Source of the DNA: an uncultured Candidatus Binatia bacterium
GTDB taxonomy: Bacteria > Desulfobacterota > Binatia > UBA9968 > JAJDTQ01
Reading direction: 5' to 3'
Length of the DNA: 64,000 bases
Assembly (NCBI GenBank): GCA_965242525.1
Contig: OZ251459.1
Coordinates: forward strand, 2,880,001-2,944,000
In this document: piece after piece, positions 1 to 18,532 of the stretch
Layout of the letters: every line of letters begins with the position of its first letter
Position numbering within the stretch: the stretch's first letter is position 1
Program-made: the position numbers and the translations under genes
Notes under the pieces: model-generated
What the model saw: only the letters and a program-made list of their open reading frames with translations
Database searches by the model: none
What the model was told of the DNA's origin: nothing

Positions 1-173
1 TGACCCTGACCACGCCGGGATGCGGCATGGGCGGGATGATCGCCTCCAACGCCCAGTCCCTGATCATGGGGATCCCCGGGGTCAAGGAAGCCAACGTGGA
101 CTTGGTCTGGGACCCGCCCTGGGACCCCGGCCGGATCAGCGAGGAAGCCCGGCAGAAGCTCGGCATCGCCTGA
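1..173 (+). CDS. 3' end of DUF59/SufT-like Fe-S cluster assembly protein (partial)
   Basis: Frame from nt 3 reads TLTTPGCGMGGMIA...VDLVWDPPWDPGRISEEARQKLGIA*; TLTxxGC and VWDPPW are DUF59 motifs. Confidence 0.85.
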   Translation, partial: TLTTPGCGMGGMIASNAQSLIMGIPGVKEANVDLVWDPPWDPGRISEEARQKLGIA

Positions 174-216
174 CCGCCGTTCCCCGTACCCCTGTTCCCC
201 GCTTCCCATCCCCGTC

Positions 217-5889
<5,673 letters not shown>

Positions 5890-5938
5890 CCGGGACCGGC
5901 AGTCCCGCCCGAAGGCGGAGACTGCCTGCCGGTCCCGG
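5890..5938 (+). terminator. GC-rich hairpin directly after the uvrA stop
   Basis: ccgggaccggcag (5890-5902) / ctgccggtcccgg (5926-5938), 13-bp perfect stem; no U-tract. Confidence 0.5.
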
Positions 5939-5943
5939 GTTGC

Positions 5944-6051
5944 ATGATCCACTTCCAGCCGCCCGCACTTGGCACAACGCCAGCCGTCCCGATCCAGAAC
6001 CGCCCGTCGAGCCACAGCCCACGCCCGCGTCTGGTAGATCCGCCTGGCCAT
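5944..6051 (-). pseudogene. N-terminal fragment of a phage-type HNH endonuclease
   Basis: [36 protein letters not shown]: W..RR.VL.RD...CxxCG..EVDH motif, truncated right after the first His. Confidence 0.75.
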
Positions 6052-6104
6052 TCCGGTAACGCCTCTATCCGGTAGAATATAATATCAAGCGCACGCCGGA
6101 GATA

Positions 6105-6140
6105 CAAAAAGGGCGGGAACCTCGACAGGCTCCTGCCCCC
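6105..6140 (-). terminator. Intrinsic terminator of the lipoprotein gene
   Basis: Minus strand ggcaggagcc-tgtcga-ggttcccgcc stem followed by ctttttg. Confidence 0.6.
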
Positions 6141-6173
6141 TTGCAACTGCATCCAGGTAGGTAGCCGTAGTCT

Positions 6174-7322
6174 TTACGGGACCAGCTTTGCTCCGAATGC
6201 CCCAGCCGTTGTATTGGCCACCGTCTGCGGGCATGGCGAGACGCCTCCGCAATTCCTGTATACGAAGCTTCCCCCAACTTCGTTACCCCGCCAAAAATAG
6301 CCGCTAAAGCGGGCTAGATCGCCAGAGTCGTTGAGACGGGAGGCCCCATACTCCTCGGGGTAGGGAAACTCTCCCCACATCACCGTACGATCAGTGACAG
6401 GAACGCCCGGAAAAGTCATGACCCCAAACCTATTATCTGGTATGTTTATCGTCAAGTCCACCTGCCCCAACTTCTGCCCTGACCCCGCTGTATAGTTCAA
6501 TTCGGAAGTTCCCCAGTTACCCTCAATATCAACGGCCACTCCTCGATATGTCCCCTGAATCAGGGAGTACCCCTGCCCAACCACATACTCCCCGCCAATC
6601 ATTCCATACCTGCCAAAACTGATGGCACGCGACTCGATTCCATGTGCTACCAGGGTTTTTCTCTCTAAAAGAAACATGCTATTATCAAGCCATGCACCCC
6701 AGAAAGTCACAGGGCCTTCAACTCCATCCTTGGTAATTTGTGCAATCGTAGTCCCCTGAAACCGCCCTATTGTTCCAGTCGGTCCCGTTTCGGCCTCGAT
6801 TGAAACCGCAACGGGACCGACTTCCGTTGCGGCCTCAATCCGGTTTTTCAGCAGGGTTCGACACATATCAAGCGTGCCAGTGTGACACGGGATCTTATCC
6901 TGGCCGGTCAAGCCACCCAAGGTCGATAAACCACCCCAGCCGTTTATCCAACTAGTATCCTCCTCTCCACCACTCCCGAGCCCCCCGTAGCTGCCGTAGG
7001 TGCCACGACTTAACCAACTACGATCAAGCAGACTCGGCAATTGATCCCAACCAACCGAATCCGTTGACGTTGGCGGCGGTGTTTCGGGGTCGACGCCGGG
7101 GCCTTGCGGTGAATCTCGCTCTCCCTCGCCGGGGTTGGACGGTGTTCCGGGGGCGACGCCGGGACCTTGCGGTGAATCTCGCTCTCCCTGGGCGCCGGGG
7201 TTGACAAGGACTGCCTTCGGTATTCCCGATGTTGGCATCATGGAAGCAGTCTTACTCCCGCCTCCGCAACCCGCCAGCATCAACGCTACCGCTACCACCA
7301 CGACCATCATCATTCCCTTCAT
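6174..7322 (-). CDS. Putative surface lipoprotein with C-terminal beta-barrel-like region (paralog of 54110-56340)
   Basis: Signal peptide with lipobox LAGC-GGG, Pro/Gly-rich linker, C-terminal EVGGSF...GAFGAK pattern; GC visibly lower than flanks. Confidence 0.75.
   Translation of the reverse strand: MKGMMMVVVVAVALMLAGCGGGSKTASMMPTSGIPKAVLVNPGAQGERDSPQGPGVAPGTPSNPGEGERDSPQGPGVDPETPPPTSTDSVGWDQLPSLLDRSWLSRGTYGSYGGLGSGGEEDTSWINGWGGLSTLGGLTGQDKIPCHTGTLDMCRTLLKNRIEAATEVGPVAVSIEAETGPTGTIGRFQGTTIAQITKDGVEGPVTFWGAWLDNSMFLLERKTLVAHGIESRAISFGRYGMIGGEYVVGQGYSLIQGTYRGVAVDIEGNWGTSELNYTAGSGQKLGQVDLTINIPDNRFGVMTFPGVPVTDRTVMWGEFPYPEEYGASRLNDSGDLARFSGYFWRGNEVGGSFVYRNCGGVSPCPQTVANTTAGAFGAKLVP
7091..7189 (-). 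repeat. 63-bp-period intragenic direct repeat (GERDSPQGPGV x2)
   Basis: cgacgccggg(g/a)ccttgcggtgaatctcgctctccct at 7091 and 7154. Confidence 0.9.
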
Positions 7323-7624
7323 GGTTCCACCCTTTCGTTAGTCATTCGTCCCGTCGGACCCACCCTTACGGAAGACCGAACCTCGGTTATCCACAACCAA
7401 TTCAACTCCCCACGCGGTTGACGCAACGGCCCAACCAAGTAGGACGCCAAGAGAGCCGCCAACAGCCCGGTCTGGCCGTTCCCCCTCCCCATGCTGACCG
7501 CCGCCAAGGTCACATCTGGTTGCAAGGCCGCGGTCAGGAACTCCCGCTCCCAGGGAAACAGGGTCAGCTTCTCACCAGCTCGCCGCCCTTGCGTCACCAC
7601 CAAGCTTTCCATCCACGTCGCCAC
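7319..7624 (-). pseudogene. N-terminal fragment of phage terminase large subunit
   Basis: LVVTQGRRAGEKLTLFPWEREFL...AAVSMGRGNGQT...LVGPLRQPRGE resembles the Terminase_1 N-terminus (PWQ motif; Walker A RGNGKT with K->Q); similarity is lost after about 75 aa. Confidence 0.75.
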
Positions 7625-7736
7625 TGTTCCACGTCCGGGCGATCCGGATCCGCGATGGCACCAGTCGCTTGCAAGGCGTCCCGAAGGTCGCTTCGGCCCC
7701 CTCCCTTCAGGGGAAGGAGGCTCGGGATCCGGACGT

Positions 7737-8351
7737 CTAGCGCAACGGCGAGAAGGACGCGGGCACGACGATCTGGTTCTCCTGGCGGAGCAGCATCTCG
7801 CGCGTGGTCGGCGGCCAGTTGGGCAGCCGCATGGATTCGGCGCGGATGCGGCTCCGTTCGGCCATGTCCTTGTAGGGCCAGATGTGCACCCACTGGTTCA
7901 GCGTGCCGTAGGTGGTGAACCAGCCCGCGGCCAAGGGTGACAGCTTCACCCGGTCCTCGATGCACTCCTGCCAGCGCTCGATCAGCGCCGGGATCGACCC
8001 CGGCAACACCGTGTAGGTGCGGATCTCGTAGATGTTGCCCATCTCCCGCGGCTCCAGGGGCGGAGAGAACGGCGCCGCCTGGAACACCTTGCTCTCCTGC
8101 GTGACCATGAAGTCCCGAACCTTGGGGGGCCAGTGGCCGGTCTTGCGCGCCTCGGCGCCGATGCGGTCCTTCTCGGCAAAGCTCTCGTAGGGCCAGATGT
8201 GGATGACCTGGTTCAACGGCCCCACCTCGGAACGAAAGAACGCGCCCAGGGGAGAGAGCTTGACGCGGTGCGGCAACCCCTCCTCGAAAGCCTTCTCGAA
8301 ATCGGGCGTGGCCCCGGGCTTGAGCGTATAGGTCCTCATCTCGATGATCAT
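7737..8351 (-). CDS. NIPSNAP family protein (two NIPSNAP domains)
   Basis: MIIEMRTYTLKPG ... IYEIRTY ... HIWPY repeated twice, ending PASFSPLR. Confidence 0.9.
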   Translation of the reverse strand: MIIEMRTYTLKPGATPDFEKAFEEGLPHRVKLSPLGAFFRSEVGPLNQVIHIWPYESFAEKDRIGAEARKTGHWPPKVRDFMVTQESKVFQAAPFSPPLEPREMGNIYEIRTYTVLPGSIPALIERWQECIEDRVKLSPLAAGWFTTYGTLNQWVHIWPYKDMAERSRIRAESMRLPNWPPTTREMLLRQENQIVVPASFSPLR

Positions 8352-8537
8352 GGGTTTCCTCCTGAGACTGACGCTGCTGTCTGTCCCCTGTTTTTCGACG
8401 TTTTGCTCCCGAAATGCAAGCCTTGAGCCGCATGGAGCGAGACCGGGATGCTTCCGATCCATATGGGTTGCCCATAAAGCGCCATGTCCTCTGCCAGCGC
8501 TTTCAACGTGGTGACTCCTTGCACGGCGTCGCAAGTT

Positions 8538-8566
8538 TTGACCCTGCCCCGGTAAGGGGTTATGGT
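8538..8566 (+). promoter_or_regulatory. Sigma70-like promoter, probably leaderless transcript
   Basis: TTGACC-N17-TATGGT, with ATG 6 nt downstream and no SD. Confidence 0.6.
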
Positions 8567-8572
8567 GGATTC

Positions 8573-10138
8573 ATGGGCCTTCCCGACGACGGCGCCGTCC
8601 GGCGCAAGCTGCCCATCGGCATCCAGACCTTCCGGATGATCCGGGAGGAGGGCTGCTACTACGTGGACAAGACCCCCTGGGTCCGGCGGCTGGTGGACGA
8701 GGGCCGCTGCTACTTCCTGTCCCGTCCCCGGCGTTTCGGCAAGAGCCTGCTGCTGGACACCATCAAGGAACTGTTCGAGGGCAGCGAGAAACTGTTCCGG
8801 GGGCTGGCTATCCACGACCAATGGGACTGGACCCCTCGCCCGGTGGTGCGGATCAGCTTCGGCGGGCGGAACTTCACCCAACCCGGTCATCTCGACTTGA
8901 ACCTGACCGCCCAGTTGGACCGGGTGGAACAGCAGGCCGGTTTCCGTTCACCCTACCCTACCGGCCCGGAGCGTTTCGCCTACGTGATCGAAAGGTTGCA
9001 CGAACGCACGGGGCGCCGTGTGGCGGTTCTGGTGGACGAGTACGACAAGCCGATCCTGGACGCGCTGGACGCGCCGGAAGTGGCCAGGGCCAACCGCGAC
9101 TTCCTGCGCGGCATCTACTCGGTCATCAAGGACAGCGACGCGCACATCGAGTTCACCCTGCTCACCGGGGTGAGCAAGTTCTCCAAGGTGAGCCTCTTCT
9201 CCGGTCTCAACAACCTCATCGACATCACCCTGGACCCGCGCTATTCCGCCGTCTGCGGCTATACCGAAGCCGACCTGGACGCCGTGTTCGCGCCCGAACT
9301 GCCCGGCCTGCACCGGGACGAGATACGCCGCTGGTACAACGGTTATAGTTGGCGAGGGAACGAGAAGGTTTACAACCCCTTCGACGTCCTCTTGCTGTTC
9401 GACACCCGCGAGTTCAAGGCCCACTGGTTCGAGACCGGCTCGCCCACGTTCCTGGTGGAGACCCTGCTACGCCGCAAGGTCAACGCCGCAACCCTCGAAG
9501 ACCGCTTGGCCGGCGACGCCCTGCTGTCCGCCTTCGACGTGGACCACATGGCCACCGAGGCGCTGCTCTTCCAGACCGGCTACCTCACCATCACCGGCGA
9601 AGAACACGACGAGGGAACCACCGTTTACCGGCTGGGCCATCCCAACCACGAGGTGCGGCGCAGCCTGAACGGCAGCCTGCTGGCGGCCGGGGACCCGGAG
9701 GTCTCGGTGGAGGCGGAGGGCCTGCGCCTGCGCCGGGCGCTGCGCAGCAACGACTTCGAGGCAGTGGAGGCGTTGTTCCGGGCGTTCTTCGCCAGCATCC
9801 CGTACGAGTGGTACACGAACAACGACATCGCCCTGTACGAGGGCTACTATTCCAGCGTGTTCTACTCGTACTTCGCGGCTGCGGGACTGGACGTGCGGGT
9901 GGAAGAGAGCACGAGCCAGGGGCGGCTGGACATGGCGGTGCTCTACCACGGGCAGGTCTATCTGTTCGAGTTCAAGATGGTGGACGAGGCCCCGAAGGGG
10001 GAGGCCATGCGGCAGCTACGGGAGAGGGGCTACGCGGACAAGTACCGCCGCCCGGACCGGCCCGTCCACCTGGTCGGCGTGGAGTTCAGCAGGCAGGACC
10101 GCAACATCGCCGCCTTCGAGGTGGAACGGGCCGCATAA
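8573..10138 (+). CDS. AAA-ATPase-like domain + PD-(D/E)XK nuclease (PDDEXK_9/DUF1703) protein, copy 1
   Basis: KLPIGIQTF, SRPRRFGKS (Walker A), VDEYDKP (Walker B), C-terminal GRLDM...FEFK nuclease motif. Confidence 0.9.
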   Translation: MGLPDDGAVRRKLPIGIQTFRMIREEGCYYVDKTPWVRRLVDEGRCYFLSRPRRFGKSLLLDTIKELFEGSEKLFRGLAIHDQWDWTPRPVVRISFGGRNFTQPGHLDLNLTAQLDRVEQQAGFRSPYPTGPERFAYVIERLHERTGRRVAVLVDEYDKPILDALDAPEVARANRDFLRGIYSVIKDSDAHIEFTLLTGVSKFSKVSLFSGLNNLIDITLDPRYSAVCGYTEADLDAVFAPELPGLHRDEIRRWYNGYSWRGNEKVYNPFDVLLLFDTREFKAHWFETGSPTFLVETLLRRKVNAATLEDRLAGDALLSAFDVDHMATEALLFQTGYLTITGEEHDEGTTVYRLGHPNHEVRRSLNGSLLAAGDPEVSVEAEGLRLRRALRSNDFEAVEALFRAFFASIPYEWYTNNDIALYEGYYSSVFYSYFAAAGLDVRVEESTSQGRLDMAVLYHGQVYLFEFKMVDEAPKGEAMRQLRERGYADKYRRPDRPVHLVGVEFSRQDRNIAAFEVERAA

Positions 10139-10171
10139 GCCCGTCACCCGGACCACCGTATCCCCCGGTTT

Positions 10172-10200
10172 TTGACCCTGCCCCGGTAAGGGGTTATGGT
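10172..10200 (+). promoter_or_regulatory. Duplicated sigma70-like promoter of copy 2
   Basis: Identical TTGACC-N17-TATGGT. Confidence 0.6.
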
Positions 10201-10206
10201 GGATTC

Positions 10207-11790
10207 ATGGGCCTCCCTGACGATGGCGCCGCCCGGCGCAAACTGCCCATCGGTATCCAGACCTTTCGGAAGATCCGGGAGGAGGGCTGCTACTATGTGG
10301 ACAAGACCGCCTGGGTCCGGCGGCTGGTGGACGAAGGCCGCTGCTACTTCCTGTCCCGTCCCCGGCGTTTCGGCAAGAGCCTGCTGCTGGACACCATCAA
10401 GGAACTGTTCGAGGGCAGCGAGGAACTCTTCCGGGGGCTGGCCATCCACGACCAATGGGACTGGACCCCGCGCCCGGTGGTGCGGATCAGTTTCGGTTCA
10501 GGCGACTTCAACAGGCCCGGGGAGCTCGAAGCCGGCTTCCGGGAAAGGCTCACCGCCATCGAACGTTCGGCCGGAGTCGGTTCCGACTTTACGACCGCAG
10601 CCGGACGCTTCGCGGCGCTGGTCGAGGCGCTCCACGAACGCACGGGCCGGCGTGTGGCGGTCCTGGTGGACGAGTACGACAAGCCGATCCTGGACGCGCT
10701 GGCCGCGCCGGAAGTGGCCAGGGCCAACCGGGACTTCCTGCGCGGAATCTACTCGGTCATCAAGGACAGCGACGCGCACATCGAGTTCACGCTTCTCACC
10801 GGGGTGAGCAAGTTCTCCAAGGTGAGCCTCTTCTCCGGTCTCAACAACCTCATCGACATCACCCTGGACCCGCGCTATTCCGCGGTCTGCGGCTACACCG
10901 ACCGGGACCTGGACGCCGTGTTCGCGCCCGAACTGCCCGGCCTGGACCGGGACGAGATACGACGCTGGTACAACGGCTACTCCTGGCGAGGGGACGAGAA
11001 GGTGTATAACCCCTTCGACGTCCTGTTGTTGTTCCGGTCGCGCGAGTTCAAGGCCCACTGGTTCGAGACCGGCTCGCCCACGTTCCTGGTGGAAACCATC
11101 CTGCGCCGCAAGGTCAACGCCGCAACCCTCGAAGACCGACTGGCCGGCGACGCCCTGCTGTCCGCCTTCGACGTGGACCACATGGCCACCGAGGCGCTGC
11201 TCTTCCAGACCGGCTACCTCACCATCACCGGCGAAGAACACGACGAGGGAACCACCGTTTACCGGCTGGGCCATCCCAACCACGAAGTGCGGCGCAGCCT
11301 GAACGGCAGCCTGCTGGCGGCCGGGGACCCGGAGGTCTCGGTGGAGGCGGAGGGCCTGCGTCTGCGCCGGGCGCTGCGCAGCAACGACTTCGAGGCAGTG
11401 GAGGCGTTGTTCCGGGCGTTCTTCGCCAGCATCCCGTATGAGTGGTACACGAAGAACGACATCGCCCTGTACGAGGGCTACTATTCCAGCGTCTTCTACT
11501 CGTACTTCGCGGCTGCGGGACTGGACGTGCGGGTGGAAGAGAGCACGAGCCAGGGGCGGCTGGACATGGCGGTGCTCTACCACGGGCAGGTCTATCTGTT
11601 CGAGTTCAAGATGGTGGAGGAGACCCCGAAGGGGGAGGCCATGCGGCAGCTACGGGAGAGGGGCTACGCGGACAAGTACCGCCGCCCGGACCGGCCCGTC
11701 CACCTGGTCGGCGTGGAGTTCAGCAGGCAGGACCGCAATATCGCCGCCTTCGAGGTGGAGCGGGCCCACGTCCCGGGTGAACCGGGCTGA
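10207..11790 (+). CDS. AAA-ATPase-like domain + PD-(D/E)XK nuclease protein, copy 2
   Basis: Same motifs as copy 1; start set by homology to copy 1. Confidence 0.9.
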   Translation: MGLPDDGAARRKLPIGIQTFRKIREEGCYYVDKTAWVRRLVDEGRCYFLSRPRRFGKSLLLDTIKELFEGSEELFRGLAIHDQWDWTPRPVVRISFGSGDFNRPGELEAGFRERLTAIERSAGVGSDFTTAAGRFAALVEALHERTGRRVAVLVDEYDKPILDALAAPEVARANRDFLRGIYSVIKDSDAHIEFTLLTGVSKFSKVSLFSGLNNLIDITLDPRYSAVCGYTDRDLDAVFAPELPGLDRDEIRRWYNGYSWRGDEKVYNPFDVLLLFRSREFKAHWFETGSPTFLVETILRRKVNAATLEDRLAGDALLSAFDVDHMATEALLFQTGYLTITGEEHDEGTTVYRLGHPNHEVRRSLNGSLLAAGDPEVSVEAEGLRLRRALRSNDFEAVEALFRAFFASIPYEWYTKNDIALYEGYYSSVFYSYFAAAGLDVRVEESTSQGRLDMAVLYHGQVYLFEFKMVEETPKGEAMRQLRERGYADKYRRPDRPVHLVGVEFSRQDRNIAAFEVERAHVPGEPG

Positions 11791-11832
11791 CCCTGCCCGA
11801 AACCGCGGGCGGACGAGCGAGCGCCGCGCGCC

Positions 11833-12925
11833 CTACGCCTCCATCAGGCAGCTCTGTATGAACCGGTCGATGTCGCCGTCGAGGACCGCGTCGGCGTTGC
11901 CGATCTCCAGGTTGGTGCGGTGGTCCTTGACCATGCGGTAGGGGTGCAGCACGTAGGAGCGTATCTGGCTGCCCCAGGCGATCTCCTTCTTGTCTTTCTG
12001 GTAGCTGTCCATCTTCTCCCGCTGCTTCTCCACCTCCAGCTCGTAGAGGCGCGAGCGCAGGATGCGCATGGCCATGGCCTTGTTCTTGTGCTGCGACCGC
12101 TCGTTCTGGCAGGCCACGACGATGTTGGTGGGGAGGTGGGTGATGCGCACCGCGGAATCGGTCTTGTTGACGTGCTGCCCGCCGGCGCCGCTGGCCCGGT
12201 AGGTGTCGATGCGCAGGTCGGACTCGTTGACCTCCACGTCGATGGCGTCGTCGATCTCGGGATAGACGAACACCGAGGCGAACGAGGTGTGCCTGCGGGA
12301 GTTGGCGTCGAAGGGGGAGACCCGGACCAGCCGGTGGATGCCGGCCTCGCACTTCATGTAGCCGTAGGCGTAGCTGCCGGCGACGGTGAAGGTGACCCGC
12401 TTGACCCCGGCCTCCTCGCCTGGCTGGTACTCCAGGATCTCGGTCTCGTACCCCCGCCGGTCGCCCCAGCGAAGGTACATGCGCAGCAGCATCTCGGCCC
12501 AGTCCTGGGACTCGGTGCCGCCCGCCCCCGGATGGAGCGTGACGATGGCGTCCCGGCGGTCGTCCGCGCCCCCCAGGAGCCGCCGCAACTCCATCTCCGC
12601 CAAGCCCTCGGACACATCCCTGAGCCGGGACCGCGTCTCCTCCAGGGCCTCCGGGTCGTTCTCTTCCTCGCCCAGGTCCAGGAAGATGCGGGCTTCCTCG
12701 ATGCCCGAACGGCATTTGCCGTAGTCGTCCAGGGCCTCCCGGAGCAGGGACTGCTCCTTCAGCACCTCCTGGGCCTTGTCCGCGTCGTTCCAGAAGTCGG
12801 GCCTGGCGGCAAGGGCCACGAGCTCGTCCATGCGCTTCTGCTTGCCCTCGACGTCAAAGACGCCTCCACAGCAGGCCGAGCTTCTCTTCGAGTTGCGTCA
12901 GTCGTTCGCGTGCTTCTTCGAACAT
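11833..12925 (-). CDS. prfB: Peptide chain release factor 2 with programmed +1 frameshift
   Basis: GGQ and SPF motifs; 23-codon ORF from ATG 12925 ends in GGAGG-CGT-CTT-TGA-C (12867-12853), and the +1 frame continues into the main ORF. Confidence 0.95.
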
Positions 12926-12977
12926 GGCGGACTCCCGTTACGTTGGAAATGGTCGGCGAAAGAGCGCTTGCGCGGAC

Positions 12978-13478
12978 TCAGGGACCGGTCCGGCGGACGC
13001 CCTCCCTGCCGCCGGACTTGAGCGCGGTGCGGATGCGCCGCTCCATGGCCTGCATCCGTTTCTCGTCCTCCGGCGAACGCTCGTGGTCATAGCCCAGGTC
13101 GTGGAGTATCCCGTGGACCAGGAGCGCTTCCAACTCGTCGTCCAGGGACCGCCGCCGCCGCCGCGCCTGTTCCTCCGCCCGCTCCACGGAGATGACCACG
13201 TCGCCGATTAGGCGGCGCCCGGAGGGCAGCCGGTGGTCCGACGGAAACGACAGGACGTCGGTGGGCTCGTCCCTGGACCGGAACCGCGCGTTGAGGCCGC
13301 GGATCTCTTCGTCGCCCACCAGCGCCACGCTGAGCTCGGCCGGCCCCAGGTCCAGGATCTCCATGATCCTGCGCGCGCTTGCCCGGAACCCGCGCACCGG
13401 CACGCGCCGGGCCGCCCCCAAGCGTACCACGTCCACGGTGGCGTTCCGAATCCCGCGCTTGGGCGGCGCCGCGTCCAT
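12978..13478 (-). CDS. ybeY: rRNA maturation endoribonuclease YbeY
   Basis: PTDVLSF, IGDVVIS, HGILHDLGYDH motifs; downstream of phoH. Confidence 0.9.
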   Translation of the reverse strand: MDAAPPKRGIRNATVDVVRLGAARRVPVRGFRASARRIMEILDLGPAELSVALVGDEEIRGLNARFRSRDEPTDVLSFPSDHRLPSGRRLIGDVVISVERAEEQARRRRRSLDDELEALLVHGILHDLGYDHERSPEDEKRMQAMERRIRTALKSGGREGVRRTGP

Positions 13479-13548
13479 CAGCAACGGACCGGCGCCGGAG
13501 CCGTGCGCCGAGCCCCCCTTCCGGCGCGCCCACAGACCCCCGCCCCGG

Positions 13549-14537
13549 TCATCCGTCTTCCGGGCTGCCGGTATCCCGCTCGTACGCGGCGATGATGTCC
13601 TGCACCAGGCGGTGCCGGGCCACGTCCTTCTCGGTGAAGGTGACGAAGCGGATGCCCTCCACCCCTCGCAGTATGCGCCAGGCTTCCTTGAGACCGGACA
13701 ACCGGCCGGCGGGGAGGTCGATCTGGGTGACGTCGCCTGTGATCACCGCCTTGGAGCCGTAGCCCAACCGGGTGAGGAACATCTTCATCTGCTCCGGGGT
13801 GGTGTTCTGCCCCTCGTCCAGGATGACGAAGGAGTCGTTGAGGGTGCGCCCGCGCATGAAGGCCAGGGGCGCCACCTCGATGCTGCCCCGTTCCAGCAGG
13901 CGCCGGGCCTTGTCGAAGTCCACCATGTCGTGCATGGCGTCGTACAGGGGCCGCAAGTAGGGGTTCACCTTCTCGGCCAGGTCCCCGGGCAGGAAGCCGA
14001 GCTTCTCCCCGGCCTCCACCGCGGGGCGGGTCAGTATGATCCGGGCATAGTGGTTCCGGGTCAGCTCGGCCACCGCCATGGCCATGGCCAGGTAGGTCTT
14101 GCCCGTTCCCGCGGGACCGATGCCGAAGACGATGTCGTGGCGCCGGATGGCGTCGATGTAGCTCTTCTGGGCGATGCTCTTGGGGGTGATGGTGCGCTTG
14201 TGGGACGAGATGTAGATGGTGTCGAGGAAGATCTCCTGCAGGTTCGCCTTGCCGTTGCTGCTCAGGATGCGGATGGCGTAGTCCACGTCGCTGCCGTACA
14301 CCGGGTAACCCCGCTCCAGCAGGCCGTAGAGCTGGCGCATGACCTCCCCCGCCAGCTCCGATTCGGGCCGGTCGCCGCGGATCTCCATCTCGGCGCCGTG
14401 CACCAGGAACCGGACCCCCAGCGCCCGCTGGGCGATCTTCAGGTGCTCGTCCTGGTTGCCCAGGAGGTCCCGGAACAGGCGCGGGTCGGCGAACGCCAGA
14501 CGGGGCGCAGTCGGCGCGCTCTCGATGGTCGCCCGGC

Positions 14538-14541
<4 letters not shown>
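13549..14541 (-). CDS. phoH: PhoH family protein
   Basis: [39 protein letters not shown]. Confidence 0.92.
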
Positions 14542-17192
<2,651 letters not shown>

Positions 17193-17311
17193 GACGCCCC
17201 TTGATAGCATCCCCGCCGAAGCCGGGGCAACGGCGGATCAGCCGGTACGGGAAGGCGCGCGGCGCGGGCTTCCGCTCCGGGACGAGGCCGGGGAAAACAC
17301 CGGGGAACGGG

Positions 17312-18370
<1,059 letters not shown>

Positions 18371-18532
18371 GGGTTCTCCTTCGATCGTGGTCAATGGCCC
18401 CGGACCGGCGGGCGCCGCCATCCCGCGACGGCGGCGCGGGGCCGAAAGCGCTCCGCGGTCCGCCGGACCCGCGAGGTCGGCATGGCGTCAGCCCTGTACG
18501 AAAGATCTCTTTCGGCGCTTCGGGAGCTTTCT

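Larger units (their letters stand above)
8536..11766 (+). repeat. ~1.6-kb tandem direct duplication (8536-10132 and 10170-11766, offset 1634)
   Basis: Near-identical sequence from ttttgaccctgcccc to gaggtgga-cgggcc, apart from one divergent block. Confidence 0.95.

Noticed and set aside
7630-7736. C-terminal half of the HNH gene (LLPLKGGGRSDLRDALQA), implying circular permutation
   Set aside because: Suggestive, but the sequence is also explained by two hairpins after the NIPSNAP stop and lacks an in-frame CxxCH; not called.
9349-10206. 813-aa ORF with long N-terminal extension
   Set aside because: The extension is an off-frame overlap of copy 1; homology places the start at 10207.
8864-10629. 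Diversity-generating retroelement TR/VR pair
   Set aside because: Differences are not adenine-restricted, both copies are full genes, and the window has no reverse transcriptase.
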